From: Puniceicoccaceae bacterium
GTDB taxonomy: Bacteria; Verrucomicrobiota; Verrucomicrobiia; Opitutales; Oceanipulchritudinaceae
Length of the DNA stretch: 64,000 nt
Assembly: GCA_040830765.1 (NCBI GenBank)
Contig: JBFOMH010000004.1
Span: 32,001 to 96,000, forward strand
Direction of reading: 5' to 3'
A program made the position numbers and the translations under genes. The notes under the pieces are model-generated. The model was not told the origin of the DNA. It made no database searches and worked only from the letters and a program-made list of their open reading frames with translations. Position 1 is the stretch's first letter. Every line of letters begins with the position of its first letter. Shown here in pieces: positions 13,338-21,387 of this stretch.

Positions 13338-14553
13338 GATTGCGCTTTTTCTTTTTTGGTGTGCCCAGCTTGTCGAAGAGCGGGGACCAGTTGTAGGTGA
13401 AGGTTTCCAGCTTCATCTGGGGAATCGGCTGGGAAATGAATCGCTCGATGGCGCGCAGATAGTCGAGCTCCCCGGCGGTCAAGATTGTAACGGCATCGCC
13501 ACTACGCTGGGCCCGGCCCGTCCGGCCGATACGGTGGACATAATCCTCCGGGTGCAGGGGAATGTCATAATTAATGACATGGCTGACCCCGCTGACATCA
13601 ATCCCCCGGGCGACAATATCGGTCGCCACGAGGATTTCGATCTTGCCGGACTTGAAGTCCGCCAGGGAAGCGTCCCGCTCCTTCTGTTTACGATCGGAAT
13701 GCAGCACCCCGATGGGGCCATGGTTGGTCTCGTTGAGCCAGCGGGAAATGGTGTCCGCACCAACCTTGGTCCGGGTAAAGATGAGGACACTGTGGTATTC
13801 CAGCTTTTCCAGGAGGGCGACCAGCAAGTCGAACTTCTGCCGGTCGTCGACTGGATAAATGGTGTGGTTGATGGTCTCGGCCGGCATGCGCCCGCCGCCA
13901 ATCTTGATCTGTACCGGATCCCGGAGCATCGACTTGCTGAGGCGTTCGATCTCCGGCGGAATAGTAGCCGAAAAGAGCAGGCTCTGTCGCTTCTTGGGAC
14001 ACAGGGCCACGATGCGGCGGACATCGGGCATGAAACCCATGTCGAGCATGCGGTCAGCCTCATCGAGGATAAGCACCTCCACCCCTTTCAGGGTGAGGGT
14101 CTTCTGGCCTATATGGTCCAGCAACCGGCCCGGTGTAGCGACAACGATATCAACCCCGTTTTTCAAGGCTTCGCGTTGTTTGCCGTAGCCGACACCGCCG
14201 TGCAGGAGGACCGACTTCAAGGGACGGTACTTGCCGTAAAGTTCAAGTTGCTCGATGACCTGCTGCGCCAATTCCCGGGTAGGCTCGACAATGAGAACCC
14301 TTGGTGTCTTGCGGTTGCCCTCAAGACGGGAAATCAGCGGGAGTGAAAAAGCCGCGGTCTTTCCGGTTCCGGTCTGCGACCCGCCGATCAGGTCCTTGCC
14401 TTCCAGGAGCATCGGGATGGCCTCAGCCTGGATGGGGGTTGGCTTCTCATAGCCTTTTTCCTCGAGGGCCTTCAAGACATCCGGGTGCAGGCCCAATTCT
14501 TCAAAGGAGGGCAGCTCAATCGCAACCGCTTCCGATTCGTGTAATTCTTCCAT
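13309..14553 (-). CDS. DEAD-box RNA helicase (RhlE-like)
   Basis: Q motif (GYEKPTPIQ), QTGTGKT, PTRELA, TPGRLLD, DEAD, SAT, ARGID, HRIGRTGR. Confidence 0.96.
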   Translation of the reverse strand: MEELHESEAVAIELPSFEELGLHPDVLKALEEKGYEKPTPIQAEAIPMLLEGKDLIGGSQTGTGKTAAFSLPLISRLEGNRKTPRVLIVEPTRELAQQVIEQLELYGKYRPLKSVLLHGGVGYGKQREALKNGVDIVVATPGRLLDHIGQKTLTLKGVEVLILDEADRMLDMGFMPDVRRIVALCPKKRQSLLFSATIPPEIERLSKSMLRDPVQIKIGGGRMPAETINHTIYPVDDRQKFDLLVALLEKLEYHSVLIFTRTKVGADTISRWLNETNHGPIGVLHSDRKQKERDASLADFKSGKIEILVATDIVARGIDVSGVSHVINYDIPLHPEDYVHRIGRTGRAQRSGDAVTILTAGELDYLRAIERFISQPIPQMKLETFTYNWSPLFDKLGTPKKKKRNRGFVPQSKF

Positions 14554-14599
14554 AATATTCGTGTGTTGGCTTTCATCTACCGGGACATCCGGGAGCCGC

Positions 14600-14671
14600 T
14601 AACCACGAACCTACAGGGATACCCTTGTGCAAATCCCGCTTAAAAAGGGCATTCGTGTCCATTCGTGGTTA
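14600..14671. repeat. Intergenic inverted repeat (REP-like)
   Basis: TAACCACGAA (14600-14609) and its reverse complement TTCGTGGTTA (14662-14671); tandem ATTCGTGTCC-ATTCGTGGTT. Confidence 0.5.
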
Positions 14672-14749
14672 ACGATTGAAAGTCCGGGCATTATCACGCA
14701 AGTTTCCCTCGATTCAAGAACGAATGCGGATTTCGTGGAATCATGGGAA

Positions 14750-15610
14750 ATGGGAGAAATGCCAAGGGAAACGGATAAATCAGCACAATCGGGACGATAT
14801 CGCGGCCGGATCGCCCCCACACCCTCCGGCTGGCTGCATCCCGGGCACGCCTCGACCTTCCGTACCGCCTGGAAACGGGCCCGCGAGGCGGGAGGAACCC
14901 TTGTTTACCGGCTCGAGGACATCGATCCGGCACGCAACCGGGACGAGTATATCAAGGGAGCGGTGGAGGACTTGCAGTGGTGCGGACTCGACTGGGATGA
15001 GGGCCCGGACTGCGGGGGAGCCCATGGTCCCTACGAGCAGAGCCGCCGCAAAGCCCTCTATCAGTCCGCGTTTGCCAAACTGCGGGACCTTGGCCGGATT
15101 TATCCCTCCCCCCACTCGCGCAAGGATATCCGGGCAGCCAACCCCGTCCCATCGCCGATCGACGGGGACCCTATATTTCCTCCCGCGATGCGCCCCCCCA
15201 ACACGGCCGTTCGCAGCCAGACTCCGGAAACGGGGGTCAATTGGCGCTTCCGGGTCCCGGACGGGCGCATCATTCGCTTTATCGACAACCGGCTGGGTGA
15301 ACAGGCCTTCATGGCCGGTAGGGACTTCGGGGATTTTATCATCTGGAAGCGCGACAACTGGCCGGCCTATGAACTGGCGGTGGTGGTGGACGACGAGGCC
15401 ATGAGAATAACCGAGGTTGTCCGCGGGGAAGACCTGCTGGTCTCAACGGCCCGCCAGCTGCTCCTCTACGAAGCCTTTGGCTGGAGCGCGCCGGAATGGT
15501 ACCATTGTGAACTGGTCATCGATCCCTCGACGGGCCACCGCATGTCGAAGACCAACAAGTCCATCAGCCTCCGGGCCCTGCGGGCAGCCGGGGAAAAGGC
15601 GCCTGTCTAG
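14750..15610 (+). CDS. gluQ: tRNA glutamyl-Q(34) synthetase GluQRS
   Basis: GRIAPTPSGWLHPGH, RLEDID, GDFII, YELAVVVDD, VVRGEDLL, RMSK; no anticodon-binding domain; start 14750 or 14759. Confidence 0.85.
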   Translation: MGEMPRETDKSAQSGRYRGRIAPTPSGWLHPGHASTFRTAWKRAREAGGTLVYRLEDIDPARNRDEYIKGAVEDLQWCGLDWDEGPDCGGAHGPYEQSRRKALYQSAFAKLRDLGRIYPSPHSRKDIRAANPVPSPIDGDPIFPPAMRPPNTAVRSQTPETGVNWRFRVPDGRIIRFIDNRLGEQAFMAGRDFGDFIIWKRDNWPAYELAVVVDDEAMRITEVVRGEDLLVSTARQLLLYEAFGWSAPEWYHCELVIDPSTGHRMSKTNKSISLRALRAAGEKAPV

Positions 15611-16486
15611 TCAGGTGCCTGCGCGGTCGATCCGGTTGCGCAGGGTCTCGGCGCTTTTCTCCATTTCCATCTCCTCGAGGATGGCACAGGCGCGCTGGTG
15701 ATCCGGCTCGGCATGGGCATCCAGGTCCACCGCAATGGTGTGGTCCAGCCGTGTCATCTCCAGGTTCCGGCGCAACTCATCGGCCTCGGCATAGACCATG
15801 CCCTGGAATCGCTTCGGATTAAGCTCACCGGAATGGTTGATGATTTCCTCGAGGTTCCCGTACTGGACAAGCCACTTGGAGGCGGTCTTGGGCCCACATC
15901 CCTTGAGTCCGGGAATATTGTCCGAAGTGTCCCCGACGAGGGCCAGATAATCGGCGATCTGGCTTGGCTTGACCCCGAATTTTTCAACCACGCCATTTGG
16001 ATCCAGCTCCCGCCAGCCAAGGCGCGGGTTGGCGGTCGGCGGCGGGACCAGTTGGTGCACGCCATCCGTGACCAGCTGGGCCAGGTCCTTGTCAGCACTG
16101 ATGATGACAACGGAATGTCCCTGCCGTGAAAGCTCATGGCTGTAGGCGGCGATAAGGTCATCCGCTTCAATGCCATTCTCTTCGACACCGGCATAGCCGG
16201 CTGCGCGCGTCCAATCCTTGATAACCGGGACCTGCTTTTCCAGTTCCTCCGGGGTCTCCCCCCGGTTGGCCTTGTAATCCTCCCGGATGGCCAACTGGCG
16301 GCTGGCTCCCCCGAGATCGAAAAAGACATAAATGGCGTCGGCCTCAACGTTGTCTTCAATCCACCAGAGGGTCCGGACCCAGCCGTGGATGGCCCCGGTC
16401 GGAAAGCCATCTTCCCGGGTCAGGTCAGGCATTCCATAAAAGGCCCGGAAGGCCATGTTAAATCCGTCTACAAGGGCAATCTTCAT
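15611..16486 (-). CDS. Stand-alone 5'-3' exonuclease / flap endonuclease
   Basis: LVDGFNMAFRAFY, YKANR, IEADDLI, SADKDL, GDTSDNIPG, H3TH GCGPKTA; no polymerase domain. Confidence 0.9.
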   Translation of the reverse strand: MKIALVDGFNMAFRAFYGMPDLTREDGFPTGAIHGWVRTLWWIEDNVEADAIYVFFDLGGASRQLAIREDYKANRGETPEELEKQVPVIKDWTRAAGYAGVEENGIEADDLIAAYSHELSRQGHSVVIISADKDLAQLVTDGVHQLVPPPTANPRLGWRELDPNGVVEKFGVKPSQIADYLALVGDTSDNIPGLKGCGPKTASKWLVQYGNLEEIINHSGELNPKRFQGMVYAEADELRRNLEMTRLDHTIAVDLDAHAEPDHQRACAILEEMEMEKSAETLRNRIDRAGT

Positions 16487-16503
16487 CGGTAAAAGGAAAG
16501 GGG

Positions 16504-17355
16504 TTAGAGCCGGCAGGTCCGGATGTCCTGGGCGATGATGCCCTTGCCGCCCAATTCGCTCAGTTCGTCGATGATCCTGTTCAAACCGGCCGACTTGACC
16601 ATGGCGGCAACCGCCATCCAGCCCTCTTCGCTGACCGGGGAAACGGTCGGACTCTTGACCCCCGGGGTGATGCGGCAGGCTGCCTCCAGCGCGTCGCTGG
16701 GAATAACATACTCCAGCAGGACATATTCCCGCGCTACAAGAATGCCCTCGAGACGCTTGATGAGGAGGTCCAGTCCCGCGACCGCCTCTGTCTCCTGGCG
16801 CTGGATGAGGATTGCTTCCGAACGGAGAACTGGTTCCCCGATAATCTCCAGTCCGGCCTCCACCAGCGTTCTTCCGGATTCAACGACATCCGCGATGGCA
16901 TCGGCAACACCCAGCTGGATGGAAATTTCCACCGCCCCGTCCAGGCGAACGGTCTTGGCTTCAATGCCCCTTTCCTGGAGATCCGCCCGGACAATGTTCG
17001 GATAGCTGGTGGCAATCCGCATTCCCGCGAGGCCGGAAGGATCCAGCCCCTGGTCCTTTGGCGCGGCATAGCAAAAGCGGGACTTACCGAAATTCAGGGC
17101 CATGCATTCCGTCACCGGTGCCTTCGAGTCCACAGCGAGGTCCCGTCCGGTAATGCCGGCATGAATGAGGCCGGACCCGACGTAGACAGCAATGTCACGC
17201 GGCCTCAAGAAGATGAACTCCACCTCGTGCTCCGCATCGCGGACAACCAGTTCGCGACTGTGACGGCGACAGGCATACCCAGCCTCACTTAATATCTTCA
17301 CGGCCCCCTCGGAAAGGGCCCCCTTGTTTGGAATAGCCAGTTTCAACATTTCCAT
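16504..17355 (-). CDS. hisG: ATP phosphoribosyltransferase, long form
   Basis: LAIPNKGALS, LRPRDIA, GITGRD, IATSYP, LDGAVE, DVVESGRTL plus C-terminal regulatory domain; start 17355 or 17349. Confidence 0.96.
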   Translation of the reverse strand: MEMLKLAIPNKGALSEGAVKILSEAGYACRRHSRELVVRDAEHEVEFIFLRPRDIAVYVGSGLIHAGITGRDLAVDSKAPVTECMALNFGKSRFCYAAPKDQGLDPSGLAGMRIATSYPNIVRADLQERGIEAKTVRLDGAVEISIQLGVADAIADVVESGRTLVEAGLEIIGEPVLRSEAILIQRQETEAVAGLDLLIKRLEGILVAREYVLLEYVIPSDALEAACRITPGVKSPTVSPVSEEGWMAVAAMVKSAGLNRIIDELSELGGKGIIAQDIRTCRL

Positions 17356-17365
17356 ATCCCTCCCC

Positions 17366-17629
17366 TTAAAGGTATCGGTAGACATCCTCCAGTTTCAATT
17401 CGTTGGCCAGCATCATGACCTGGGCGTAGTACAGGAGCTGGGAGATTTCCTCAGCCGCCTCTTCCTTGCTCTCATAACGCGAGGCCATCCACACTTCCCC
17501 GGCCTCCTCGATCAGCTTTTTGCCAATGGCATGCTTGCCCCGCGCCAGGAGCTTGACCGTCCCGGATTCCGGGTCGCCGCGTTCCGCCTTTTCTGACAAC
17601 TCAGCGAATAAACTTTCAAAATCTTTCAT
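17366..17629 (-). CDS. hisE: Phosphoribosyl-ATP pyrophosphohydrolase (monofunctional)
   Basis: [11 protein letters not shown]...[13 protein letters not shown]...EEISQLLY; directly upstream of hisG. Confidence 0.93.
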   Translation of the reverse strand: MKDFESLFAELSEKAERGDPESGTVKLLARGKHAIGKKLIEEAGEVWMASRYESKEEAAEEISQLLYYAQVMMLANELKLEDVYRYL

Positions 17630-17682
17630 GAACCGACCAACAAAACGCCTCCTGCCCTTTCCCACAATGGCAAATTTTCCTC

Positions 17683-17709
17683 TTTGACATGATTTTTACA
17701 TTTGTAAAA
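17683..17709. promoter_or_regulatory. Candidate operator/promoter between hisE and the response regulator
   Basis: TTGACA at 17684-17689; direct repeats TTTGACAT/TTTTACAT 11 bp apart; palindrome TTTTACA-tt-TGTAAAA (17694-17709). Confidence 0.45.
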
Positions 17710-17750
17710 CCTGCACATATCCCTCAACCTTGGGACAGGAGAATTAGAAC

Positions 17751-18518
17751 ATGGCGAAACCAAAACCACTCATACTGATCGTCGAGGACGATCCTGAACT
17801 TGCCCAGTTGATTTCCGACCAGCTGGAATCGGCAGGAATGCTGACCCAGGTCCATCACCGGGCCGCCAACGTTACCCGCTACCTGCAGAACAACTTTGCC
17901 AACCTGATGTTGCTGGACGTCAACCTTCCGGACCAGTCGGGATTTGCCCTAGTTGACACCCTCAAGCAGGAGGACATCGACCTTCCGGTCATCTTCCTGA
18001 CGGGTAACGACAGCGAAACGGACCGCGTCAAGGGCCTGGAAATGGGCGGAGACGACTACATTACCAAGCCCTTCAGCTTCAGTGAGCTGGTGGCCCGGAT
18101 CAATGCCGTCCTGCGCCGCGCGGAGACCTCCAAGGATGACAAGGTGACCAAGAACGCCAGTGTCTCGGAGGAACCCTTTGAGTTCCAGGGGGCGATGGTG
18201 AATCCGGAACGGATGGAAATCGGCTTCCCGGATGGGGAGTCGGTCAAGATTGGGCGCAAGGAACTGGGCATCCTGTCCTTCCTCAATTCCAATCCGAACA
18301 CGGTCATCACCCGCCGGACCCTCATCCACGGCGTCTGGGGCATCCATGCCGACGTCCGCAGCCGCAGTCTTGACCAGTACATCGTCAAGGTCCGGGGCCT
18401 CTACCAGAAGCACGGACTCAACCTGGATGCGTTCAAGACCATCCATGGTGTGGGCTACATCTACAACACCGAGGGGGAGGCGGATGAAGCCGAGTCCACG
18501 GAGAGCCCGGTAGAGTAG
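17751..18518 (+). CDS. OmpR/PhoB-family response regulator
   Basis: Receiver IVEDD, LLDVNLPD, FLTG, ITKPF; winged helix VWG...RSLDQYIVKVR...TIHGVGY; AGGAG upstream of ATG. Confidence 0.93.
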   Translation: MAKPKPLILIVEDDPELAQLISDQLESAGMLTQVHHRAANVTRYLQNNFANLMLLDVNLPDQSGFALVDTLKQEDIDLPVIFLTGNDSETDRVKGLEMGGDDYITKPFSFSELVARINAVLRRAETSKDDKVTKNASVSEEPFEFQGAMVNPERMEIGFPDGESVKIGRKELGILSFLNSNPNTVITRRTLIHGVWGIHADVRSRSLDQYIVKVRGLYQKHGLNLDAFKTIHGVGYIYNTEGEADEAESTESPVE

Positions 18519-18529
18519 GCTCCCTGCCC

Positions 18530-19186
18530 ATGGAACTGGAACCGAAAACGATCCGGGTCCTTGGAGCCCTGATGGAGAAGGCCCGTACAACCCCGGAAAG
18601 CTACCCCCTTACCCTCAACGCGCTGGTCCATGCCTGTAACCAGAAGACCAGCCGGGACCCCGTGACGGACTATGACGAGGACGAGGTACTGGACGCGCTG
18701 GACGCGCTGCGGGAAATGGGATTCGTCATGCGGGTCGATCTGGCCGGCTCACGAACCGCCAAATTCCGGGAGAACCTGAGTACCCAATGGGACCTGAGTG
18801 CTGAAGAATATGCCCTCCTGGCCACCCTCTTCCTGCGGGGTGCACAGACCCCCGGGCAGCTCCGCCAGCGTTCCGACCGCATGCACCCGTTTGCTGACTT
18901 GCAGCAGGTGAATGATTGTCTGCACCAGATGCAGGAACGGGAGGAAGAGCCGCATTGCCTCGTCCGGTCGCTGGAACGCGCCGCCGGGACCAAGGAGATC
19001 CGCTGGGAACACACCTTTTTACCGGAATCCGCCCCGGCAGCTGGGATTGTTGAAGAGGAGGAGCAGAAACTTCCACCCCCGCAAAACCAGCAACCCAGCC
19101 GGATTGACCAGCTGGAGGAAAGACTGGCGGCATTTGAAAACCGCCTCAAGGCCATCGAGGAGCTGCTCCATGAGCTCAACGACTGA
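18530..19186 (+). CDS. yceH: YceH family protein (DUF480)
   Basis: RVLGALMEKARTTPESYPLTLNALVHACNQKTSRDPV, LRGAQTPGQLRQR, C-terminal coiled coil. Confidence 0.9.
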   Translation: MELEPKTIRVLGALMEKARTTPESYPLTLNALVHACNQKTSRDPVTDYDEDEVLDALDALREMGFVMRVDLAGSRTAKFRENLSTQWDLSAEEYALLATLFLRGAQTPGQLRQRSDRMHPFADLQQVNDCLHQMQEREEEPHCLVRSLERAAGTKEIRWEHTFLPESAPAAGIVEEEEQKLPPPQNQQPSRIDQLEERLAAFENRLKAIEELLHELND

Positions 19187-20492
19187 ACCCACGGGGAACG
19201 GTCTGGTTCTCCTCGACCACAAGACGGTCATCAAGGGGAAGTTTCCACCACTGGAGGTCTATCCGCTTGATGCCCCGACCGGATCCGCCTGGGTGGGTGA
19301 GTTTGACGGAAAGGTGGCATGGCTGTCACTGGGTGACCTCGACGAAAACGCCATCCGCCGATACTGGAAAGGGGAAGTCCGGATCGCAGATGAAGGCCGC
19401 ATCGGTCCTGGGGACCTGTTTGAGGCTTTCCAGGGACAAGCCCGGCTGGAACTGGTGCCCGTCGGGACTGCGTTCCAGCTGTCGGTCTGGCAGGAGCTGG
19501 TTCGTATTCCTTTTGCCACTACACTGACCTATGGGGAACTGGCCGAACGGCTTGGCTCGCCTTCCAAGGCAAGGGCTGTCGGCACGGCAGTGGGGGCCAA
19601 CCCCATCGCCTGGCTCATTCCCTGCCACCGGATCCTTCCGGCTGGGGGCGGCATTGGCAGCTACCGCTGGGGCAGCGCGATCAAGGAGAGCCTCCTGAAC
19701 TGGGAAAACCAGCCCCATCCCACCGGCGCTCCCGATCAGGATGTCGAGGACATCCGCAAGCTGGAAGCGATGCTGCTCAATGCCCAGCGCTTTGAGGACA
19801 TCGCCAAGCTGGCCGGGCACATTGCCCATGACTTGAACAACCTCCTCGCCCCCATCCGGATGGCGACCGAGTTACTGAAGCGCAAACTGGAAGATGATTC
19901 GGTCGGGCGTTATGTGGAAATCATCGAGACCAGTACCGGCCGGGCCCGGGCGGTGATCCAGGAAATCCTTACCTATGCGAGGGAATCGGAAAGCGCGGAC
20001 GCGGAAGTGATCGACATCAACCAGCTTCTCGAGGAACTGGAAGGTCTGGCAGATGATACTTTCCCGGATACGATTACCCTGTCATTTGACTATGATCCGG
20101 AAACTCCCCTGGTGAGCATTGCCCCGCACCAGCTGCACCGCTCCATCCTCAATCTTCTGGTCAATGCCCGGGACGCCATTTCCGGCAGCGGCGAAATCCG
20201 GGTCAAAGTCAGCACCCATGATTTGGAAATGCGGGTCTGCGTCGGGGACCGGTGCATTGTCCCGGGACGTTATGCCTGTATTTCCGTTTCGGATACGGGT
20301 TGTGGCATCAGTCCGGAAATCCGGGAGGAAATATTTGATCCCTTCTTCACCACCAAGCCGAAGGAGAAAGGTACGGGCCTCGGGCTGGCCTCGGTCTTCG
20401 GGATCATCGCCCGATCGGGTGGATTCATCGACCTCGAATCAATCGAGGGCAAGGGCTCGACATTCCATCTGTTCCTGCCTGAAGCAGGATGA
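19170..20492 (+). CDS. Fusion of methylated-DNA--protein-cysteine methyltransferase (Ogt/AGT) and histidine kinase (HisKA + HATPase_c)
   Basis: 440 aa from ATG 19170. AGT: GTAFQ..VW, TYGELA, RAVG, ANP, IPCHR, YRWG, LLNWE. Kinase: AHDLNNLL, NLLVNARDA, DTGCGI, IFDPFFTTK, GTGLGL. Confidence 0.9.
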   Translation: MSSTTEPTGNGLVLLDHKTVIKGKFPPLEVYPLDAPTGSAWVGEFDGKVAWLSLGDLDENAIRRYWKGEVRIADEGRIGPGDLFEAFQGQARLELVPVGTAFQLSVWQELVRIPFATTLTYGELAERLGSPSKARAVGTAVGANPIAWLIPCHRILPAGGGIGSYRWGSAIKESLLNWENQPHPTGAPDQDVEDIRKLEAMLLNAQRFEDIAKLAGHIAHDLNNLLAPIRMATELLKRKLEDDSVGRYVEIIETSTGRARAVIQEILTYARESESADAEVIDINQLLEELEGLADDTFPDTITLSFDYDPETPLVSIAPHQLHRSILNLLVNARDAISGSGEIRVKVSTHDLEMRVCVGDRCIVPGRYACISVSDTGCGISPEIREEIFDPFFTTKPKEKGTGLGLASVFGIIARSGGFIDLESIEGKGSTFHLFLPEAG

Positions 20493-20500
20493 ATGGCCCG

Positions 20501-20800
20501 TTATTCCTTTTTCTCAGGAGCAGCTTCTGCCTCGGGGGCTTCCGCAGCGGGCGCCGGTGGCGGCACCTCTTTGGCGGCTGGTGGAGCCGGCTTCTTTTCC
20601 GGCTCAACGGAATCCATGGCTTCCTGAAAATCGTCCTGCACTTCCTGGGCGGCCTTCTTGAATTCCTTCATGGACTTGCCCAGCCCCTTGGCCAGTTCCG
20701 GAAGCTTCTTGGCCCCAAACAAAAGCAGAATGATAACAAGGATAATCAGCAGCTCGGGACCACCGAAACCCTGAATAAATGCTGGATGGAGTAAATTCAT
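20501..20800 (-). CDS. tatA: Twin-arginine translocase TatA/TatE
   Basis: [38 protein letters not shown] plus Pro/Ala/Glu tail. Confidence 0.93.
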   Translation of the reverse strand: MNLLHPAFIQGFGGPELLIILVIILLLFGAKKLPELAKGLGKSMKEFKKAAQEVQDDFQEAMDSVEPEKKPAPPAAKEVPPPAPAAEAPEAEAAPEKKE

Positions 20801-20934
20801 CAACTTCAACCATAAGGTGGGCGGGGCATCTGTAAAGGATAAGAAACAGCTGCCATGGAATGCCGGGAATGTTCTTCGCGCTTGCAAAGTCGCCCGGCCA
20901 TTTGCTTCCTTTGTAGGGGAAGTTTCCCACTGCC

Positions 20935-21387
20935 ATGAAACCGATTAGGCGAGACGAATTAACAACAGCATACATGACCGCCCTGCAAGAGGCAGAAGCC
21001 GCCCTCGAGCAGAGCTATTGCCCGCACTCCGGGCTATCCGTGGCCGCCGGCCTCGTCCTTTCCTCGGGGGAAGTGATCACGGGCATCAACTACGAAAGTG
21101 TCTCCTACGGACTGACCCTGTGCGCCGAGCGCAGCGCCATTACCCGTGCCCAGGTCGAAGGCAAAATCCCGGACGTGGTAGGGCTGGTCCTGTCCGCCTG
21201 CAACCGGGAATCTGAAAAAGACGGTCAGCCCCTCACTCCCTGTGGAGCCTGCCGGCAGTGGTTGCTAGAGCTGAGCAACCGCCTCGGGCGGGACATCCCC
21301 GTCTACAGTTTCTGGAAGGGCACTGATTCCGGATTGGCCGGAACGGTGCGTGAATTATTACCATCGGCCTTTGAATCATTCCAATGA
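20935..21387 (+). CDS. cdd: Cytidine deaminase
   Basis: SYCPHS, GINYES, LCAERSA, PCGACRQ, LLPSAF. Confidence 0.9.
   Translation: MKPIRRDELTTAYMTALQEAEAALEQSYCPHSGLSVAAGLVLSSGEVITGINYESVSYGLTLCAERSAITRAQVEGKIPDVVGLVLSACNRESEKDGQPLTPCGACRQWLLELSNRLGRDIPVYSFWKGTDSGLAGTVRELLPSAFESFQ

Noticed and set aside
13168..14346. 392-aa plus-strand ORF
   Set aside because: Antisense shadow of the DEAD-box helicase.
17630..17750. SOS box upstream of the Ogt-kinase operon
   Set aside because: No match seen to TGTTC-N4-GAACA (recalled Verrucomicrobia LexA motif) or CTGT-N8-ACAG.
18912..19169. 86-aa N-terminal extension of the Ogt-kinase, including CTRC, as a possible Ada zinc site
   Set aside because: Lies in an alternate frame inside yceH and lacks the Ada motif; ATG 19170 is the plausible start.
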